A DNA stretch of 64,000 nucleotides from a virus. Below, piece by piece: positions 24,889 to 35,074 of this stretch. The notes under the pieces were generated by a model, which was not told the origin of the DNA, ran no database searches, and saw nothing but the letters and a program-made list of their open reading frames with translations. Each line of letters begins with the position of its first letter. Positions within the stretch are counted from its first letter, which is position 1. The DNA lies in IMG/VR virus record IMGVR_UViG_3300005288_000001, positions 32,001-96,000 of that record; one strand, given 5' to 3'. Made by a program: the position numbers and the translations under genes.

Positions 24889-26433
24889 TTATCGGTGCCA
24901 TTTTCCTTTGATGATGTTGACGAGTTGTCGCTTACCGTTGCTGTGGATGATACAGTGGGTATTGAGCCAACTGCTCGGGCCACTGTTGTACTCAAGGTCG
25001 AGGTACGAACTTGTTCCGACTTGATAACAGCCCTTTTCAATGCCCGGAGAATGACTGTGGCCGATGATCGTTTTAGAAGGTAGTTGAGAGAACTGTTTAC
25101 GACTTCCCCGTGAGCCATTTGATCCTTTATCGCCATGATTCGCTACCTCGATATCTTTGATTTTGTAAACTTCTCGTCGTTCCACGAAACGAACATTGGT
25201 AGCTCGTGCCTTGAATAGTGGTTCAGTATAAAGTTGGAAGGGGTTAGGATAAGCCGTACCTGTTTCAGTAGAGCGTGTACGCTTGAGCATTTCATACATG
25301 AGACCGTGGTAAAGCACGGCGTTCCAAGGTTCTTCTTTTGGGTCACATTCCATCAGCCAACGAGTCAGATGGTCGTTGTGGTTCGACGATACAATAATAT
25401 TGACAGCGCCTGGTGGAGTCGTGTTGACCACGTGGTTAATCGTGTCTTCAAGCTCATCCTCCATACGATTCATACCCGATTGATTTTTCGCGAACTGGAT
25501 AAAAGGGTTGTGTTTGTGGTGATGCGATACAGCGTAGCAGTCCAGAAGGTCGTGTCGGACGATTTGCTTTGGCTTGAGTACAGCAGCAATGGACGTCTTG
25601 CTACCATAAGTCGCTTCTCGAACTGTCGGGTCTGCGAATATAGCGTGTTCATCGCCTGTGACCAGGGCTTCAATGGACTCATGGCTTACCAGATCAGAGG
25701 CATATCGCGTATCAAGGTCATGGAAACTTTCACCGTCCCAGTTGAGATGTCGTAGGTGAAAGATGGGACCATCGAGTTCAACCACAACGGCTGAAAACGA
25801 ATGGTTGAATCCAGCTTTGTACCCGCTCTTCGTTTCAGAATATGCACGCTCGGAGATAGTTCCGGTGGAGCACATGATGACGGGATGGTCGTCGGAGTTG
25901 ACCGGAAGTGTGGTGAGCTGGAGCTGATTGTGTCCGACCACAATTGAATCTCCTTGAGAAATTGCTGCAAGTCCGGTGAGGGGATTTTCGGTTGTGGCGG
26001 AGATACGAATAGATCCAAGTAATCGTAGATTATCATGGAGTCGGACATTGTTTTCGACGATGTACTGTTTGATGTGGTCGTCGAAATGATGCTCTCGAGA
26101 AGTTGTTCCGTACTTAATGGGAACGATAAAGAGCTCTGCTTTTCGGTGTCCGCAGTAGGCGAGAAGGGTATCAAAGAATTTGTCATTGACTGGGGAATTA
26201 CTTTGAGCGGAGGTGATAACGAAAGTCTGTGCCTTTAGCTTCGGCTTGAACCATGCATCGTCACGGACGAATGATTCAACGCTATCTTCCACAGGCTCAC
26301 CACCATGTTCAAATGGCGTTGTATGGTACTTGCCACAATCTCCGCAGAGATATTGGTAGCGAGGTTCACCTGTGGTTGTAGTTCGAGTTGCTTTGAGTTT
26401 TAGATTTTCTGATTCGCAATTTGGGCAGGTCAT
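24889..26433 (-). CDS. Zinc ribbon plus calcineurin-like metallophosphoesterase
   Basis: CPNC..CGDC; GDEH, HDLLD, SNHNDH, HGD, GHSH. Confidence 0.75.
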   Translation of the reverse strand: MTCPNCESENLKLKATRTTTTGEPRYQYLCGDCGKYHTTPFEHGGEPVEDSVESFVRDDAWFKPKLKAQTFVITSAQSNSPVNDKFFDTLLAYCGHRKAELFIVPIKYGTTSREHHFDDHIKQYIVENNVRLHDNLRLLGSIRISATTENPLTGLAAISQGDSIVVGHNQLQLTTLPVNSDDHPVIMCSTGTISERAYSETKSGYKAGFNHSFSAVVVELDGPIFHLRHLNWDGESFHDLDTRYASDLVSHESIEALVTGDEHAIFADPTVREATYGSKTSIAAVLKPKQIVRHDLLDCYAVSHHHKHNPFIQFAKNQSGMNRMEDELEDTINHVVNTTPPGAVNIIVSSNHNDHLTRWLMECDPKEEPWNAVLYHGLMYEMLKRTRSTETGTAYPNPFQLYTEPLFKARATNVRFVERREVYKIKDIEVANHGDKGSNGSRGSRKQFSQLPSKTIIGHSHSPGIEKGCYQVGTSSYLDLEYNSGPSSWLNTHCIIHSNGKRQLVNIIKGKWHR

Positions 26434-26608
26434 GTAACTAATTATACCTTGCCGTCTGGAAGGATTGGCGGTCCCGCAATTAGGGAAAGTTTGTCATTTC
26501 CCATCGCGGCATAGAGTCGGTCATCGACGATTTCAATAGTGATATTCTCCATATCTGGTGCGTCCAGAATCATACAAAAGAGAACATCAGTTTCGTGTTG
26601 GGTGAGTT

Positions 26609-27151
26609 TCATAGAATCTCCCTAATCATATTGATAATCTTGTACATGTCTGTCGGGTTCTCGTTCGGGACTTCAGTGATGTAGTCCATGTAATCGAAGT
26701 TGGACAGGATGTTGTCGATCTTCGATGCACGGCCAGCCAGGAACGTTTCATTCTGGTCGCTACCACGGTCAGCGTATCGCTTCTCGAGAATATCTTTGGC
26801 AGGCTTCTTTAGAACGATGAAGGTCACTTCGGTTTCCGGAAGAGCCAGCAGAGCATCATAAAACTTCTGCCCGGTGAGCCTATCGCCTTCATACAGCACG
26901 TTAGAACTATGCGACTGAAGCCATTTTGTTACTTCAGGTTGACATGCCATTGAGAGCTTGTCCGTACCAGCAAACACTTCGCCGTCTTCATACTTGCCGA
27001 GGATGTGAAGGTCGAGTTCCTTACAATACATTGTCTCAACCAACTTCGCGGGAGACTGTCGTTCCCAGTCGTAGCTGTCCATGAAGTTGCGCATAAGGGT
27101 GGTCTTACCCGTGCCGGGCACACCAGCAATAGCAATGATTTGTCGTGTCAT
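26609..27151 (-). CDS. P-loop kinase (candidate 5-hydroxymethylpyrimidine-DNA kinase)
   Basis: GVPGTGKTT, GTDKLSM, YEGDRL, RY..RGSDQ. Confidence 0.75.
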   Translation of the reverse strand: MTRQIIAIAGVPGTGKTTLMRNFMDSYDWERQSPAKLVETMYCKELDLHILGKYEDGEVFAGTDKLSMACQPEVTKWLQSHSSNVLYEGDRLTGQKFYDALLALPETEVTFIVLKKPAKDILEKRYADRGSDQNETFLAGRASKIDNILSNFDYMDYITEVPNENPTDMYKIINMIREIL

Positions 27152-27501
27152 TAGAAAAGAGATTTTTGGATATTACAAGGTGGAAGCATTGGATTCATCC
27201 AAGAGATATAGTCCGGCGGACCTTCAATCTTCTTGAGTGACGAGCAGTCCTTCCAAACTGCGTCATAGATAGTGTCGCCAAGTTCAAACGATTGGGTCAG
27301 AACATGGGTTTTCTTGTTGTACTTTGCTTTGGTATTGTGGTGTCTATTGATGAATTCCCAAATGTCGCTGAACATAGGGTCGTCGAAATCGACATGTCGT
27401 CGCCAGACTCCTTTGTAGAATTTGTACAGAAACTCATATTCTGCAGTGTTCAGACGAGGATCGTCAGGATCATTGGCGAGTTGATTGATTTGGCTGGACA
27501 T
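27151..27501 (-). CDS. Hypothetical protein
   Basis: ORF coupled to the kinase gene. Confidence 0.55.
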   Translation of the reverse strand: MSSQINQLANDPDDPRLNTAEYEFLYKFYKGVWRRHVDFDDPMFSDIWEFINRHHNTKAKYNKKTHVLTQSFELGDTIYDAVWKDCSSLKKIEGPPDYISWMNPMLPPCNIQKSLF

Positions 27502-27544
27502 AGTTCACCTTTAAGCAGCGATCCCACGATTGGGATCACATTAC

Positions 27545-27952
27545 TTATTCGTCGAACATATGCTCAATAGTCGCTATGGCCGCTTCTTTATAGAAGTCTT
27601 TCCGGACGTAGTTGTAGATATAGACCGGCTTGCCCGACTTCTGGGATAGCTTGATCGTATTCTTGGTGCCCGCGCTTTCGCCGTCCCAGAAGGCAACGAT
27701 GATGTCGCTGTTCTGGACGATGGTACGGTTTCTCATCATACCAGCGCTCTTACCATACTGGTCCCACTCAGGACGGAACACAATCATGGGGATACCGTTG
27801 TCGTGGGCGTAGCATTCACCCAGAGTGTCGGCACCATTAGCTCCACCAGAAATGATGGCTTCAACGACAAGACCTTCAGTGACGATAGCCATGTAAGCCT
27901 TAACAGCTTCATAGTCGTCAAAGGTACGAGTCCCCACGATTGCGATTTTCAT
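27545..27952 (-). CDS. SLOG/YspA-like (DUF2493) protein
   Basis: IVGTR.F.DY, SGGANGAD, AGMMRN, FWDGESAGT. Confidence 0.85.
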   Translation of the reverse strand: MKIAIVGTRTFDDYEAVKAYMAIVTEGLVVEAIISGGANGADTLGECYAHDNGIPMIVFRPEWDQYGKSAGMMRNRTIVQNSDIIVAFWDGESAGTKNTIKLSQKSGKPVYIYNYVRKDFYKEAAIATIEHMFDE

Positions 27953-28209
27953 GTTCTTCCGTATATTTGGGTTTGGGTTTCGAGATACGAGATTCGGTTA
28001 CTTTGGGCCCGAACCAGTTTCTCAAGTTCGCGAACCCTTATGGCCAAATCCATTATGACCATCGTGTCGGGAACTTTACTCCCGCCAGTACGAATCATTT
28101 CCTCAGCGCGTTCCATGTTGCCTTCGCACATGACGAGGCACATTTTACACTGCATCAGCGGAGCATCGGTTTTGTCACGAAGCTCCTGGACCATAATCGC
28201 AGTGATCAT
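27949..28209 (-). CDS. EF-Ts N-terminal (UBA-like) domain protein
   Basis: ITAIMVQELRDKTDAPLMQCKMCL..CEGNMERA matches the EF-Ts N-domain pattern. Confidence 0.7.
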   Translation of the reverse strand: MITAIMVQELRDKTDAPLMQCKMCLVMCEGNMERAEEMIRTGGSKVPDTMVIMDLAIRVRELEKLVRAQSNRISYLETQTQIYGRT

Positions 28210-28940
28210 TTCCCGATCAACCTTCCGAACGCGAGATCATGGTGGGCCTCCATCTTGGCCAGGGCGGCTTCGCCAGCCATACGCTGAAGGGTTTCGCGAT
28301 GGAACACTTCGTCCGGGAGAATGATCTTCAGGGCGTAGCGGACATCAACGTCAGTATCAGGGTGGTCCAGGATAATTTCGAATCGCTCAGCGGCCAGCGA
28401 CTCACCGAAGTGGTTAACCGCTGCGTACGTCTTCAAATCATCGTACTGTTGATTCATGTAAGTCCAGTAGGAACTACACGTTTCAATCGTTGGTTCGACC
28501 AGTTCGATTCCACGATAATTCATCAGACCAGTAAGGATGTTTGAGTGTTTCATCTCATCCTCCGCAATGTTCATCAAAATCTTGGCCGAACGTTCGTCGT
28601 ATCCGATACCACTTTTGAGGAAGTCAACGTGGTCAGTATAGCCGCCGATTTCAGTAATCTGCAGCTTCTGCATCCACTTAACGAAGCGAGCGGAGTCCTT
28701 GCAAACCGCCGACCACCACGTCTTCGTGAATTCTATTTCGTCCTTATTCACTGCCAGCCTTGGCGTGGAAGTCGTTGAGACGATCCAGGGTTTTCTGGGC
28801 CATTTCCAAGGTCTTGCTGCGATGGACACATTGGCAATCCCAGAAAACACAATGCTTGTCACTGACTGGAATGATGAAGTTGCGGGTGCCTTTTTCAAGG
28901 GCAATTGCTTCCAGATCGATCTGGGCGATAATGGTGTCAA
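28206..28940 (-). CDS. Ferritin-like di-iron protein (true start probably near 28720)
   Basis: E...EDEMKH...E..AAE...DEVFH four-helix di-iron pattern. Confidence 0.7.
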   Translation of the reverse strand: MTPLSPRSIWKQLPLKKAPATSSFQSVTSIVFSGIANVSIAARPWKWPRKPWIVSTTSTPRLAVNKDEIEFTKTWWSAVCKDSARFVKWMQKLQITEIGGYTDHVDFLKSGIGYDERSAKILMNIAEDEMKHSNILTGLMNYRGIELVEPTIETCSSYWTYMNQQYDDLKTYAAVNHFGESLAAERFEIILDHPDTDVDVRYALKIILPDEVFHRETLQRMAGEAALAKMEAHHDLAFGRLIGK

Positions 28941-28985
28941 TACCGTGTGTCATAAGTCTATGTCAATATCAAAGTCAAGATTGAG

Positions 28986-29555
28986 TCAGTCGAAACTGCT
29001 CGACGAAGAGCTACTGTCCGACGAGGAATAGCTGTCGCTGGAACTGTAGCTTGAGGAACTCGAATAGCTCGGAGCTGGCGCACTGTACGTTGGTTCGTAC
29101 GAAGGTGCCGGAGCAGGCGATGGCGAATACGTTGGCGGGTCGATCGTTCGATCCTCGGTCTTCACCTCAACGTGAGGAGCCGGCGCTGGCGTAATTGGCA
29201 TCTTCGGAACCGAGTGGGTGCTCAGAACAGATTGCATCAGGAGCGCATCAGCAACCGCGTCAGAAGCGTCGCTAGTAGTGCTACGGGTGCTATCGAAAGA
29301 AGCCTTTGGTGGGGCTGTACGGGCCTTGGCTGAGGGTTGGTAGCCGTCGGTCGGGCGGCGTGGCGGATAGCTTGGCGTCAGGACTTCACGGCGAGCTTCG
29401 CGCGATTCCCACTTCTTCACGGCCTTGGGGCCACCGTTCTTGAAGACTTCGGCACGCTTCTTTTGTTGCGCGATGTACGCATCGCCAATCGAAGGTGGAC
29501 GCAGGTCCGCTTCAGCGGGCTTCGACTTGAAAAGGTTCTTGAGCCAGTTAATCAT
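28986..29555 (-). CDS. Hypothetical protein with Pro/Ser-rich tail
   Basis: MINWLKNLF start; poly-Ser C-terminus. Confidence 0.65.
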   Translation of the reverse strand: MINWLKNLFKSKPAEADLRPPSIGDAYIAQQKKRAEVFKNGGPKAVKKWESREARREVLTPSYPPRRPTDGYQPSAKARTAPPKASFDSTRSTTSDASDAVADALLMQSVLSTHSVPKMPITPAPAPHVEVKTEDRTIDPPTYSPSPAPAPSYEPTYSAPAPSYSSSSSYSSSDSYSSSDSSSSSSSFD

Positions 29556-29702
29556 AATTCCTCAGAGATGTTTCGATTTCGTGTTCAAAGATCATGTACA
29601 TACCACGCCCTTCAGGGAACTGTACCTTCAGTTCTTCTTTGCTAAACGTGTTAGCATCGAATACTCCTACAATACAATCCCAACCAAGGTCAAGACCAGT
29701 AA

Positions 29703-30122
29703 CTACAAAGACTTTTTGTGCCATACGTTTTCTGGACTGTGCCAGACATTTTCCTTATTGGTTATATCGTGGACAAGACGCACGACCGTGGTCGGAGTCA
29801 AACCCTTCAATGCCTCTTCGATAATCTTAGCCTGAACCTCGTCATCCTCGAAGTGCACGTTGATAGTATAACCGCTACGATAGAGCATTAGCAGCGTACG
29901 AGCCTTATGTGCTCCCGAGGTTTCACGGGACTTGTGTTCGAAACGGCACGTGTTGAAGAAGATTTGGTTGTGAATACCGGCCGCATCGAGTTGACGACGG
30001 GTGGCAGTAAACTCCTCAACCGAACGACCAGTGATGATCACATCCTTCGGACCTGGATAAACACCAATCAATCCTTCTTCAAGAACGATGACGCCGTCGA
30101 TGTCAAAACTATTCATTCTCAA
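29703..30122 (-). CDS. Small capless HAD phosphatase
   Basis: FDIDGV, ITGRS, K, FEDD. Confidence 0.8.
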   Translation of the reverse strand: MRMNSFDIDGVIVLEEGLIGVYPGPKDVIITGRSVEEFTATRRQLDAAGIHNQIFFNTCRFEHKSRETSGAHKARTLLMLYRSGYTINVHFEDDEVQAKIIEEALKGLTPTTVVRLVHDITNKENVWHSPENVWHKKSL

Positions 30123-30398
30123 ACTCCTTCTTCAGTTGTTCGTATTGTTTGCGGCGGTATGCCTTCTGTTCGCTTTCCAGACCATACAGGCGATCGACTT
30201 CAGACTTGGTCATTGGTCGCTCCCATTGCAGGCGAATGGCGGGATAACCCTTGCCATCTTCTTCGAGCCACATATGCAGACTCGCTTCGTATTCTTCGGG
30301 AACCTTGGCTCCGATCATTTCACCGATGTACTTCAGGAAGTTATCGGGACGCATGGCGCCGGGGATACGAATCCAATCACCTTGTTGGATAGTGTTTG

Positions 30399-30644
30399 TC
30401 ATTGTGCTCTGCACTCCATAGGAATATTCTTGGTTAAACGGATTGATTGTCGATAGGAAACTGTCGCGCAAGAGTCAACTACCTCGTCCCAATCGTTGTA
30501 TTTGGTGGCCTGAGGACCCACTGGGAGACCCTTCATGCAAGCATTGAACAGTTCTGCTCTAATGCATTGATTCGGAGAATTGTCTGGCGGACCCTCGCAA
30601 CCAACGAGAAAAGCAGCGGTAAGAATAATCAAAAGTTTCTTCAT
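30399..30644 (-). CDS. Putative lipoprotein
   Basis: MKK signal peptide plus LVGC lipobox. Confidence 0.65.
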   Translation of the reverse strand: MKKLLIILTAAFLVGCEGPPDNSPNQCIRAELFNACMKGLPVGPQATKYNDWDEVVDSCATVSYRQSIRLTKNIPMECRAQ

Positions 30645-30647
30645 AGT

Positions 30648-30668
30648 AAAAAGCCACCCGAAGGTGGC
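30648..30668 (-). terminator. Rho-independent terminator after ino1
   Basis: GCCACC-TTCG-GGTGGC-TTTTT. Confidence 0.85.
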
Positions 30669-30675
30669 GTAGAGT

Positions 30676-31971
30676 TTATTCGTAGTCGTTCTTAACGTCT
30701 TGGAAGGTGTACTTCAGATCAGCGGCCTTCGGAGCGTTTTCCTTCAGCTGTGCCTTGGTCAGATCAGTCAGGACTCGGCGGGACAGAGCATCGCATTCCC
30801 ACTTGGCGTCTTCGGTTTTCATCTGAAGAGGCGGGGTCTTTTGGGTCCAGGCTGAAGCTCCGCGGATAAAGCCCACGATACCCATCTCCGAGGCAACTTT
30901 GCAGAAACGAATCGCGCTGACCACGACCGAGCCGCTGTTAGGCGAATCTTGGACTGACAGACGGGCCGACATTTCGTAACGTGCACCACCGAACCCATAG
31001 GCAACAATATCAAAATTGGCGATCTTGTTATCCGACCCGACATACTGACCACCCGGTTTTTGTTGGACCGTGAGAGACGGTCCAGCGTAAAGGGTAGTGC
31101 CCGCGACGCTTTCGCCTCGGACCGTGCTTTGGCCTTTGAGAACATTTTCTTTGCTGATGTGCTTCGAGTGGAGACGTTCCTGCTTGGCCATATTCAGGAA
31201 GTCAGTATTGGCAGTACGACCGGTTCGGATATGTTCCTGACCTTGGGTCGAACCAGCGGCCATGTTCATTTGAATATGCTGGGTAACGTACAGGCCACTG
31301 TCCATCATCGCTCCTTGCAGAACTTCGGACATACGGCTGGCACCCCAACCCGAACGCATATCGGAACCGATGATTGTCAGACCCTTATCGATGAACTTCT
31401 GTTCAACTTCGCGGGCCTTCTCGATACCAATCATGGTGGGGATGCAATTCACGAAGTGGCAACCAGCGTTCAGGGCAGCTTGAACGTAGAACTCGGTAGC
31501 TTCTTCGGAACCGACTGGCAGGTAGTTGATGACGACGTCGACGCGAGCTTGCTTCAGCAGATGCGTTGCAGCTTCCAGATCGATGTGTTGCGGCAAGGTA
31601 TCCGGACGAACACGGAAAGAAACTTCACCAGGATAGTCCAGCATGTGGGGAGCCACGCCGTCAAGAACAGGGCCTGGCCATACCTTAGCACCAGGTTCGA
31701 TACAGAGTTCGTTAACGTATCCCACATGATCCATAGCACAGTTCGGAGCAGCTCGAATAGCTTCACGAAGTGGCTTGTTAATCTTGCGGGAATCAACGTC
31801 AAACCCAATCACGAACTCGATGTCGTTGACGGTGTATCCGCCGATGTCTTCATACATCAGACCGACTTTGTCTTGGGGATTTTCGATGTAGTATTGGATG
31901 CCTTCTACGAGAGACTTCGCACAGTTACCAACACCAACGATTGCTACGCGGATGCGTTCTTTATTTGACAT
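30676..31971 (-). CDS. ino1: myo-Inositol-1-phosphate synthase
   Basis: IVGVGNCAKSL, YLPVGSEEA, FVNCIP, NTDFLNM..RL.SK.ISK, DNK, DSPNS. Confidence 0.93.
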   Translation of the reverse strand: MSNKERIRVAIVGVGNCAKSLVEGIQYYIENPQDKVGLMYEDIGGYTVNDIEFVIGFDVDSRKINKPLREAIRAAPNCAMDHVGYVNELCIEPGAKVWPGPVLDGVAPHMLDYPGEVSFRVRPDTLPQHIDLEAATHLLKQARVDVVINYLPVGSEEATEFYVQAALNAGCHFVNCIPTMIGIEKAREVEQKFIDKGLTIIGSDMRSGWGASRMSEVLQGAMMDSGLYVTQHIQMNMAAGSTQGQEHIRTGRTANTDFLNMAKQERLHSKHISKENVLKGQSTVRGESVAGTTLYAGPSLTVQQKPGGQYVGSDNKIANFDIVAYGFGGARYEMSARLSVQDSPNSGSVVVSAIRFCKVASEMGIVGFIRGASAWTQKTPPLQMKTEDAKWECDALSRRVLTDLTKAQLKENAPKAADLKYTFQDVKNDYE

Positions 31972-32328
31972 GATTTCCTTTTTCATATGTCAGTTGTTTC
32001 CCAGTTTTGGTGAGACTGGAGGCAGAAGTTCTTGACGGAGGGGACCGTGTAGCTGCCTTACTAACTCAATTATACGCCGGAGTTACCCGGCGCACAAGTT
32101 TATTTAGGGAAATTTTACTTTGGTCTAGCTAACCAATCAACTAAAACAGTCAAACCACCAGGGCGCCAAGTAAGAGAAATTTCTTTGAGACCCTTCTCTA
32201 CCAGTCGGCAGGTCAGCATATAATCGAAAACGTGTTTGGCTTCGTTATATGCAGCCTCGGTGTAATATCCACTGACGTCTTCAAAACTGCCAAGCAAGAC
32301 ACCATCTCTGGTGACGTACTTGACTGTA

Positions 32329-33462
32329 TTAGAAGAAGTCTTCGAGGCTACCGCCTTTGCCGTACTTTTCGATTTTGTCTTTGATGATCGACTCATATTT
32401 TCCTTCAGGATCAAATAACCACTCCGGGTTAATCCCCAGCACTTCATACATGTTTGGCATGTCTTTGTACTGCTCATGCATATTGATTGGACTACCCGTT
32501 GCTTCGAACAATTTCATCAGGGCTTTTGACTCTCGCTTCCACTGAATAGTTGGATATATTTTATCATTGACCGTGTCCCGAAAGCCGTCGAAATTGATTT
32601 CAGGCCACTTTGCTTTGAATTCCAAGTAGCGGTTAACGGCATCGCCCGTATTCTGACCAGGATAATCTCGCCCGACGAAGAGCTTTTTACACTGACAGAG
32701 GTGGGTTTCGAGAGTGAAGTATGATAGATAATGATCGCTAATTCTATCGCGTGCCTTGGCCATGAGCTCTTTCTCCCACTTTGCAGCGCGCTCGCGGTCT
32801 TGCGGAGTTGGTTTGTGATTCGCGTAATGCTCGCCGACGGTGTACTGTTCTGCATTGTTGAGGAAGTGAAGACCGTTCCACACCGAAGTGTTGGCGGGAT
32901 CGTTGATGAACATTGTGTCGGGACGAATTGGCAGATCGCAAGTTTCCGCAAGAGCTTGGCTAAACAACCAACCAGTCATACGCCCAAACTTATGGAGCTT
33001 CTGAATCTCTTCGTTTACGTTGTGGTAAGATTGAGTTTCGGAATCGACCAAGCACGACTCAAACGCATCTTTAATTGACCCTTTACCTCTACGATCCACA
33101 AATTCCTGTAAGGATTGGACCATCTTGACGATATGTCCTTTGTTATATCGAGTGTCCGTAGCGAACTTTTGTCTGGGCATGGTTTCACGATTCCATTCAT
33201 CCAGAAGCTTGAAGTCCAGTTTGTCATAATCGGGGAAGGTTTGGTAGAAAATCCAAGCCATAGAACTCTGATACGTCATACCGAACAGGTAAGCGAACCA
33301 AAACTTCTGGTCTTCAGTCATAGGAGCGCCAGTAACACTGTGCGCTGTATCACGGTAGCCATTATTCCACAAATAATGATCAATGCCACCTCCCTTCAAC
33401 CGCCAGTCCAGCCAGCGGAAGAAGAGTTCATCACGGTTTTCGTTTAATCGCCAGTCTTTCAA
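32329..33462 (-). CDS. aGPT-Pplase / amino acid:DNA transferase-like enzyme (HhH glycosylase fold)
   Basis: W..YL.G.TY, TD.RY.K, FGRM..W, LETHLCQCKK; C-terminal SLEDFF. Confidence 0.8.
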   Translation of the reverse strand: MKDWRLNENRDELFFRWLDWRLKGGGIDHYLWNNGYRDTAHSVTGAPMTEDQKFWFAYLFGMTYQSSMAWIFYQTFPDYDKLDFKLLDEWNRETMPRQKFATDTRYNKGHIVKMVQSLQEFVDRRGKGSIKDAFESCLVDSETQSYHNVNEEIQKLHKFGRMTGWLFSQALAETCDLPIRPDTMFINDPANTSVWNGLHFLNNAEQYTVGEHYANHKPTPQDRERAAKWEKELMAKARDRISDHYLSYFTLETHLCQCKKLFVGRDYPGQNTGDAVNRYLEFKAKWPEINFDGFRDTVNDKIYPTIQWKRESKALMKLFEATGSPINMHEQYKDMPNMYEVLGINPEWLFDPEGKYESIIKDKIEKYGKGGSLEDFF

Positions 33463-34340
33463 AAGAAGTCCTCAAGAGTATTCGCACTGTCATCCGGTTT
33501 ATCCTGCATAAACCCAGACCAGCGGAGCTCTTTACTTAGGGGAAATTGCTTACGGAGCTCACGGATGTTTTTCAGGCGCAAGCTGTAGAAGTTCATTGAT
33601 TCGATAAAGACGGGATCTTGTTGGTAATAATCGCGAACGTAGGGCTCCTGCAAAGCTCGATAACAAGCATCCTTAGTTGCAGTTGCTCGTTCGTCGGTTC
33701 CTCGATCTCCTGAAGATTGCATACCTCCTCGGTTAGTGCCAACAGCTGTTGTGGCAACAAGCCAGTTGATAGAACCAACTCCGCCGTGGTTATGAAGAGC
33801 TCGAGCAGTTCTGATGTTATCGTCTTCATGGGACTGTTCTGTTCTAAGGGCTGACTTGTCATTGACGGCTCCCCACCAGGCGCCACCGATTTTGCGGAGC
33901 TTGAATTCAGCAAAGGGTTTCCCTTGCTTGAACATGAGATTTGGGGTGAAATCAAATCCAAAAGGCGTGGATCCAAAACATCCAAACGCGTATCCAAAAA
34001 GTCTTCCCAGAGCGACTTCATTGTCACGGCTGTCCTTATCCATAATGTCTTTGTACATCTTCACGGCAGAAATGTCATCGTCCATGAAGATAATCTTTTC
34101 CCCATCTGGGAAGTAATCGATCAGACCGTTGGTGGCGTTGTGGCCACCCTTCGGTACGATGATCATATCCAGCATAGGAACAGCTGGCAACTCAGCCTTG
34201 TATAGAGGATACTCGTCCTTCGTAACAGCCAGCACAAGCTGACGACCAAGGTCCAAGTCTGTCTGAGCGCTCAGGGTGCTGAGTGTTTTCTTCCAGATGT
34301 CTTTATGACGGCCATATGACCGTACAGCGATCTTAATCAT
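33459..34340 (-). CDS. GT-A fold GREB1/TAGT-like glycosyltransferase
   Basis: IAVRSYGR, IFMDDDI, EDD..RT, GGMQ; C-terminal TLEDFF. Confidence 0.75.
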   Translation of the reverse strand: MIKIAVRSYGRHKDIWKKTLSTLSAQTDLDLGRQLVLAVTKDEYPLYKAELPAVPMLDMIIVPKGGHNATNGLIDYFPDGEKIIFMDDDISAVKMYKDIMDKDSRDNEVALGRLFGYAFGCFGSTPFGFDFTPNLMFKQGKPFAEFKLRKIGGAWWGAVNDKSALRTEQSHEDDNIRTARALHNHGGVGSINWLVATTAVGTNRGGMQSSGDRGTDERATATKDACYRALQEPYVRDYYQQDPVFIESMNFYSLRLKNIRELRKQFPLSKELRWSGFMQDKPDDSANTLEDFF

Positions 34341-34674
34341 TCGTGGTACACCCGCATTCCGGTAGACAAGGTTTGCTCAAGAGCCATACCTTCTGTCATC
34401 TTCTTCAGTGTCTCTTTGTCCTTAGCCATCAGGGCTTCTAAATCACCATTCTTTCTGCGGACCATGAAGAATATTTTCTTAATCATAGATTGTCCAATCT
34501 TTCACTTTTAGCTTCCTATCGCCAATCTGTTTATAGGTTCCGGCTTCGATACGATCCAGAGTTTCAACGATCTCTTTGGCCACCTTCGGGTTCCAACCAA
34601 TGCCAGGGATATGGCAGCTGCAAAAGGATCCATCGTGGCGGGGATCAAGTCTCTGGCAAATTCGGCAAGGCCCA

Positions 34675-34908
34675 TCAAACATGCTCATCTGGTATCTCCA
34701 TTAGTGGCATCCAATGCGTTGGATTTCGTTCAGGGTGGTCTGTGACATGGATTGTCACACCTGAAGATGTGACCCAGTTGGTGATAAAATATCCCGCCAT
34801 CCATGGACGCTTATCACCAGGCCACACCACGATACATTGTTGGCCCTGCTGTGGCTTTTCGTCCTCAAACTTGTACCACTTCATTGCTTCGTGTAGGAAT
34901 ATGTCCAA
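34675..34908 (-). CDS. DUF551-like protein
   Basis: W....KP ... PTHWMPL. Confidence 0.6.
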   Translation of the reverse strand: MDIFLHEAMKWYKFEDEKPQQGQQCIVVWPGDKRPWMAGYFITNWVTSSGVTIHVTDHPERNPTHWMPLMEIPDEHV

Positions 34909-35074
34909 GTTCCCATTTTTGTTTGAGGATTGAACGTTGCTCGATAGACCATCGAGATGATGGGATTACCCACAGTCATGGAGACACCTTGTGTACCACA
35001 GAATTCCTCAGTGGGTTCTGGCAAGGCGCCAACATAGTCAGGTGTAAATCCCTTTCGGGAGATTGGAGTATGTA

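Noticed and set aside
28986-29130. Tandem repeat or CRISPR-like array
   Set aside because: Low-complexity Ser/Pro codons in a CDS; no repeat-spacer periodicity here or elsewhere in the window.
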